64,000 nucleotides of DNA from positions 1 through 64,000 of the forward strand of contig NW_026865226.1 in the NCBI RefSeq assembly GCF_026571515.1, read 5' to 3'. The notes below the pieces were generated by a model, which worked only from the letters and a program-made list of their open reading frames with translations, did no database searches and had not been told where the DNA came from. Origin of the DNA: Ruditapes philippinarum. Its lineage: Eukaryota. Below are positions 62,301 through 64,000 of the stretch, in pieces. The position numbers were made by a program, and so were the translations under genes. Every line of letters begins with the position of its first letter. The first letter of the stretch is position 1.

Positions 62301-63689
62301 GGTGCCAAATTAGTCGCGTGCCAAACAACAACGTCATTTTAGCGCACTTTAAGAATGAAACGCGTTAAAATGCCGTCGTTTTATAAGGGAAATATGTGCA
62401 TAGGATGACGTCATTTTGTTATTGTTATTTAAGTTTTAAGTTCATACGCTATTGTTAGAAAATAGTTTTGGATGAAATGACTTTAATTTCCATGAACATA
62501 TATCATATTGAGGTAAACTATTTTTAATATGAAATATTATGGCAGAATATGCAAGAAAAACATATCTGACATAATATCTGACATATGTTTGCGGATGGGT
62601 GGATTTCCTCAGGACGGATACTCCGATCCGAACCTCAACATATGATATATATTATTTTTCTGGAATCCGTTTAAATGAAGGAAATAAAGAAGGAATTTGG
62701 AGTTGTGTTGCATGTTAGCCCCCTAAGTGCAAAAAGACGAAACTAATACAAACTAGATCAGCATTAAATATTTACTAAAAACAAAAGCGAATGTGACTTT
62801 AAATGAATTTGTTTAGAATTATGTCAGAAAATACTTTAAAACTATTATTTGATTTTTATTACAAAATAAAATCTGTTTTTGGATTGTAAAGAAATGTATA
62901 AAAATAAAAAAGGTTTAAACTCTTTAGTAGTTTATTAATTATTTATTTATATTAGTATTTTGTTTCACTGTTGACTGATAAAAACTGAACTTTATTTTTA
63001 TAATTATTCATAAGCTTCAGGTAAATTTGTACATTCTTAGTGTATTTTGGGCACTAAAATAATCAAAATGAATTTATTATTTCGCTGTTGTTTTAATTAA
63101 CAATGTGCAATAATTCTGTTCGAGAAAAGATATGTCAATTGGTATCATTAGTCGAGATTACTTTTAAAAAGTTAATATTCTGACACCATCTAATATTGCA
63201 CGTTTTTTATGTAATGTAATTGAAAGAAACTTAATAACCTAAACATGTTATGTTAGATACATACTAGCATATACTGAGCATGTCCAAACAAGCATACAAG
63301 GGTCAGTTCATGTTCGGAAAGTATGATAATTCTACATTATGCTGAATCCTTATATCTTTATTTTAATGATAGAAGTCTTAATATAAGCTTTTCAATAAAT
63401 TTTGTGTAGAGACACATACGTGGGGGGAAGCTTTGCGTTCAAAAGCAACAGGAATTATGTTTTATAAGACTAAGATGAATCACTAAATTTGCCTTGTTTG
63501 CTTTGTCTTCATTGCAATTTTATTTTTTAATTATTAAAGGGAGTCGGGCGGTAGAGAAGCCAAACTTCAGCAGCATGTTGATGAATTATGGAAGTTGGCA
63601 TTTGATTCTGAAAACAATAAGACAGGCCGTAATAGTGACGAAGGAAATTTGCTGAACATGCTAGAAAAAATAACACCAGAAATAAAAAA
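45921..63689 (+). CDS. Gene copy 2 (partial): B-box zinc finger + low-complexity linker + helical/coiled-coil exons, paralogous to copy 1; continues beyond the window
   Basis: Exons 45921-46309, 51802-51861, 52407-52472, 55884-55910, 56105-56188, 57582-57752, 58258-58452, 63540-63689; all end in phase 2 with canonical AG/GT and join without a stop. Confidence 0.72.
47130..48200 (-). mobile_element. DIRS-type (tyrosine-recombinase retrotransposon) relic in intron 1 of copy 2
   Basis: KSTPFWPLLV...FVLP...VCRGNGNNSV...FRMM (end of pol/MT-like ORF), followed by the YR N-terminal segment IRMLECAKGTNSSHVQRKDILLPEHLVKL. Confidence 0.72.
51802..51861 (+). CDS. Copy 2 exon (60 nt, phase 2-2)
   Basis: ttttaag|...ag|gtattc; ECGTDKKVKVAGRIQSNDS. 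Confidence 0.6.
52407..52472 (+). CDS. Copy 2 exon (66 nt, phase 2-2)
   Basis: ctttctttaag|...ag|gtaaat; FSRRRGTERNRTKTETPRESS. Confidence 0.68.
53298..53325. repeat. (TG)n microsatellite
   Basis: Dinucleotide run. Confidence 0.95.
55196..55403 (+). mobile_element. tRNA-derived SINE, complete, with a 14-bp TSD
   Basis: A box GTGGTCGAGGGG, B box GGTTCGATCCC, tail atatgactgaaatactgtt...(AAAC)n; TSD ACATTTTTGCCAAA at 55182-55195 and 55404-55417. Confidence 0.92.
55884..55910 (+). CDS. Copy 2 micro-exon (27 nt, phase 2-2)
   Basis: ttttctttttcag|...ag|gtaaaa; IITHLEMT. Confidence 0.7.
56105..56188 (+). CDS. Copy 2 exon (84 nt, phase 2-2)
   Basis: tttcag|...ag|gtaatt; GMSSVKGKSKFKLVQNVTENVQREAKA. 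Confidence 0.75.
57582..57752 (+). CDS. Copy 2 exon (171 nt, phase 2-2)
   Basis: atcttag|...tg|gtaggt; MKKVTTCLEKLKVQIDAKQFDALEFQKLGGSHDEKQIKSCLEDICMKVKNIHDTGK. Confidence 0.75.
58258..58452 (+). CDS. Copy 2 exon (195 nt, phase 2-2)
   Basis: tttttcctag|...ag|gtaaat; LNDIQKILKTEISSLKNEISHFWDTDEP...KKEVAKEASK. Confidence 0.8.
59330..60750 (-). mobile_element. Old, internally deleted Ty3/gypsy relic with canonical RT-then-INT order (Mag-like)
   Basis: Fragments YNDVCKGIG, LKPEAIHVVCPP, ITNQLTGA*NFRVLNAMKGY, NRNFGRYRYVLFPMGINSSNEIF, NIEEHDANMTRV, LKFFGH, AFLEYRISP...LMGRR. Confidence 0.7.
62065..62205 (+). mobile_element. Decayed V-type SINE fragment
   Basis: gtggctggttaagatagctgacttcaaatc...cagttagcttat...ggtggttctacc resembles 32551-32700. 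Confidence 0.6.
63540..63689 (+). CDS. Copy 2 exon (150 nt, phase 2-2)
   Basis: attaaag|...aa|gtaaga; ESGGREAKLQQHVDELWKLAFDSENNKTGRNSDEGNLLNMLEKITPEIK. Confidence 0.78.
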
Positions 63690-64000
63690 GTAAGAAACTC
63701 ACAGAATATGTCTTTTATTTGTTAATTATCCACAAACTATGTTTGTGACGCTGCATGCCCTATTACTCATCACGTTTATTTGATCCTTACTTTCAACAAG
63801 AGTCGCTCATCAGAAACCACCGTTTTCAGTGTTGGAAATTATTTTTAAATAAACTTGCTGAAAGGCAAGTCCAGCTTTTTCGTCAAGTTCAGCTCAACTT
63901 TAACTTGCCCCTCTAGTAATATAATTCACAACACTGTTTGTTTTGAAAAGTATCAAAAGTAGGCCAGCAGATATCAAATCATCAGAAATTACACCCCTGG

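Overview
AT-rich eukaryotic (metazoan) genomic DNA. The SINE, HINE and satellite families and the B-box style suggest a bivalve mollusc such as a clam (inference). Most six-frame ORFs are spurious. Reading splice sites by eye gives two tandem, + strand, intron-rich paralogues built from symmetric phase-2 exons. Copy 1 (267..14483, 5' end outside the window) has helical/coiled-coil exons and a terminal MIEAP/SPATA18-type C-terminal-domain exon, and looks disabled. Copy 2 (45921..>63689, runs off the window) starts with a B-box zinc finger, followed by exons that match copy 1 in order. Together they imply a B-box + coiled-coil + MIEAP-C architecture. The rest is a nested transposon landscape. 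It includes a young full-length Gmr1-type Ty3/gypsy element (integrase before RT, 653-bp LTRs, ATTC TSD, tRNA-Pro PBS) in an intron of copy 1, and a second inverted Gmr1-type element lying in what looks like unpolished long-read sequence. It also holds a Maverick/Polinton relic (long inverted arms, adenain-type protease, AGTAGT terminus), Ngaro/DIRS, mariner and Mag-like gypsy relics, hAT and P-like MITEs, Helentron-type HINEs, tRNA-derived SINEs and several satellites. All calls are by-eye translation and motif recognition; no database search was run.
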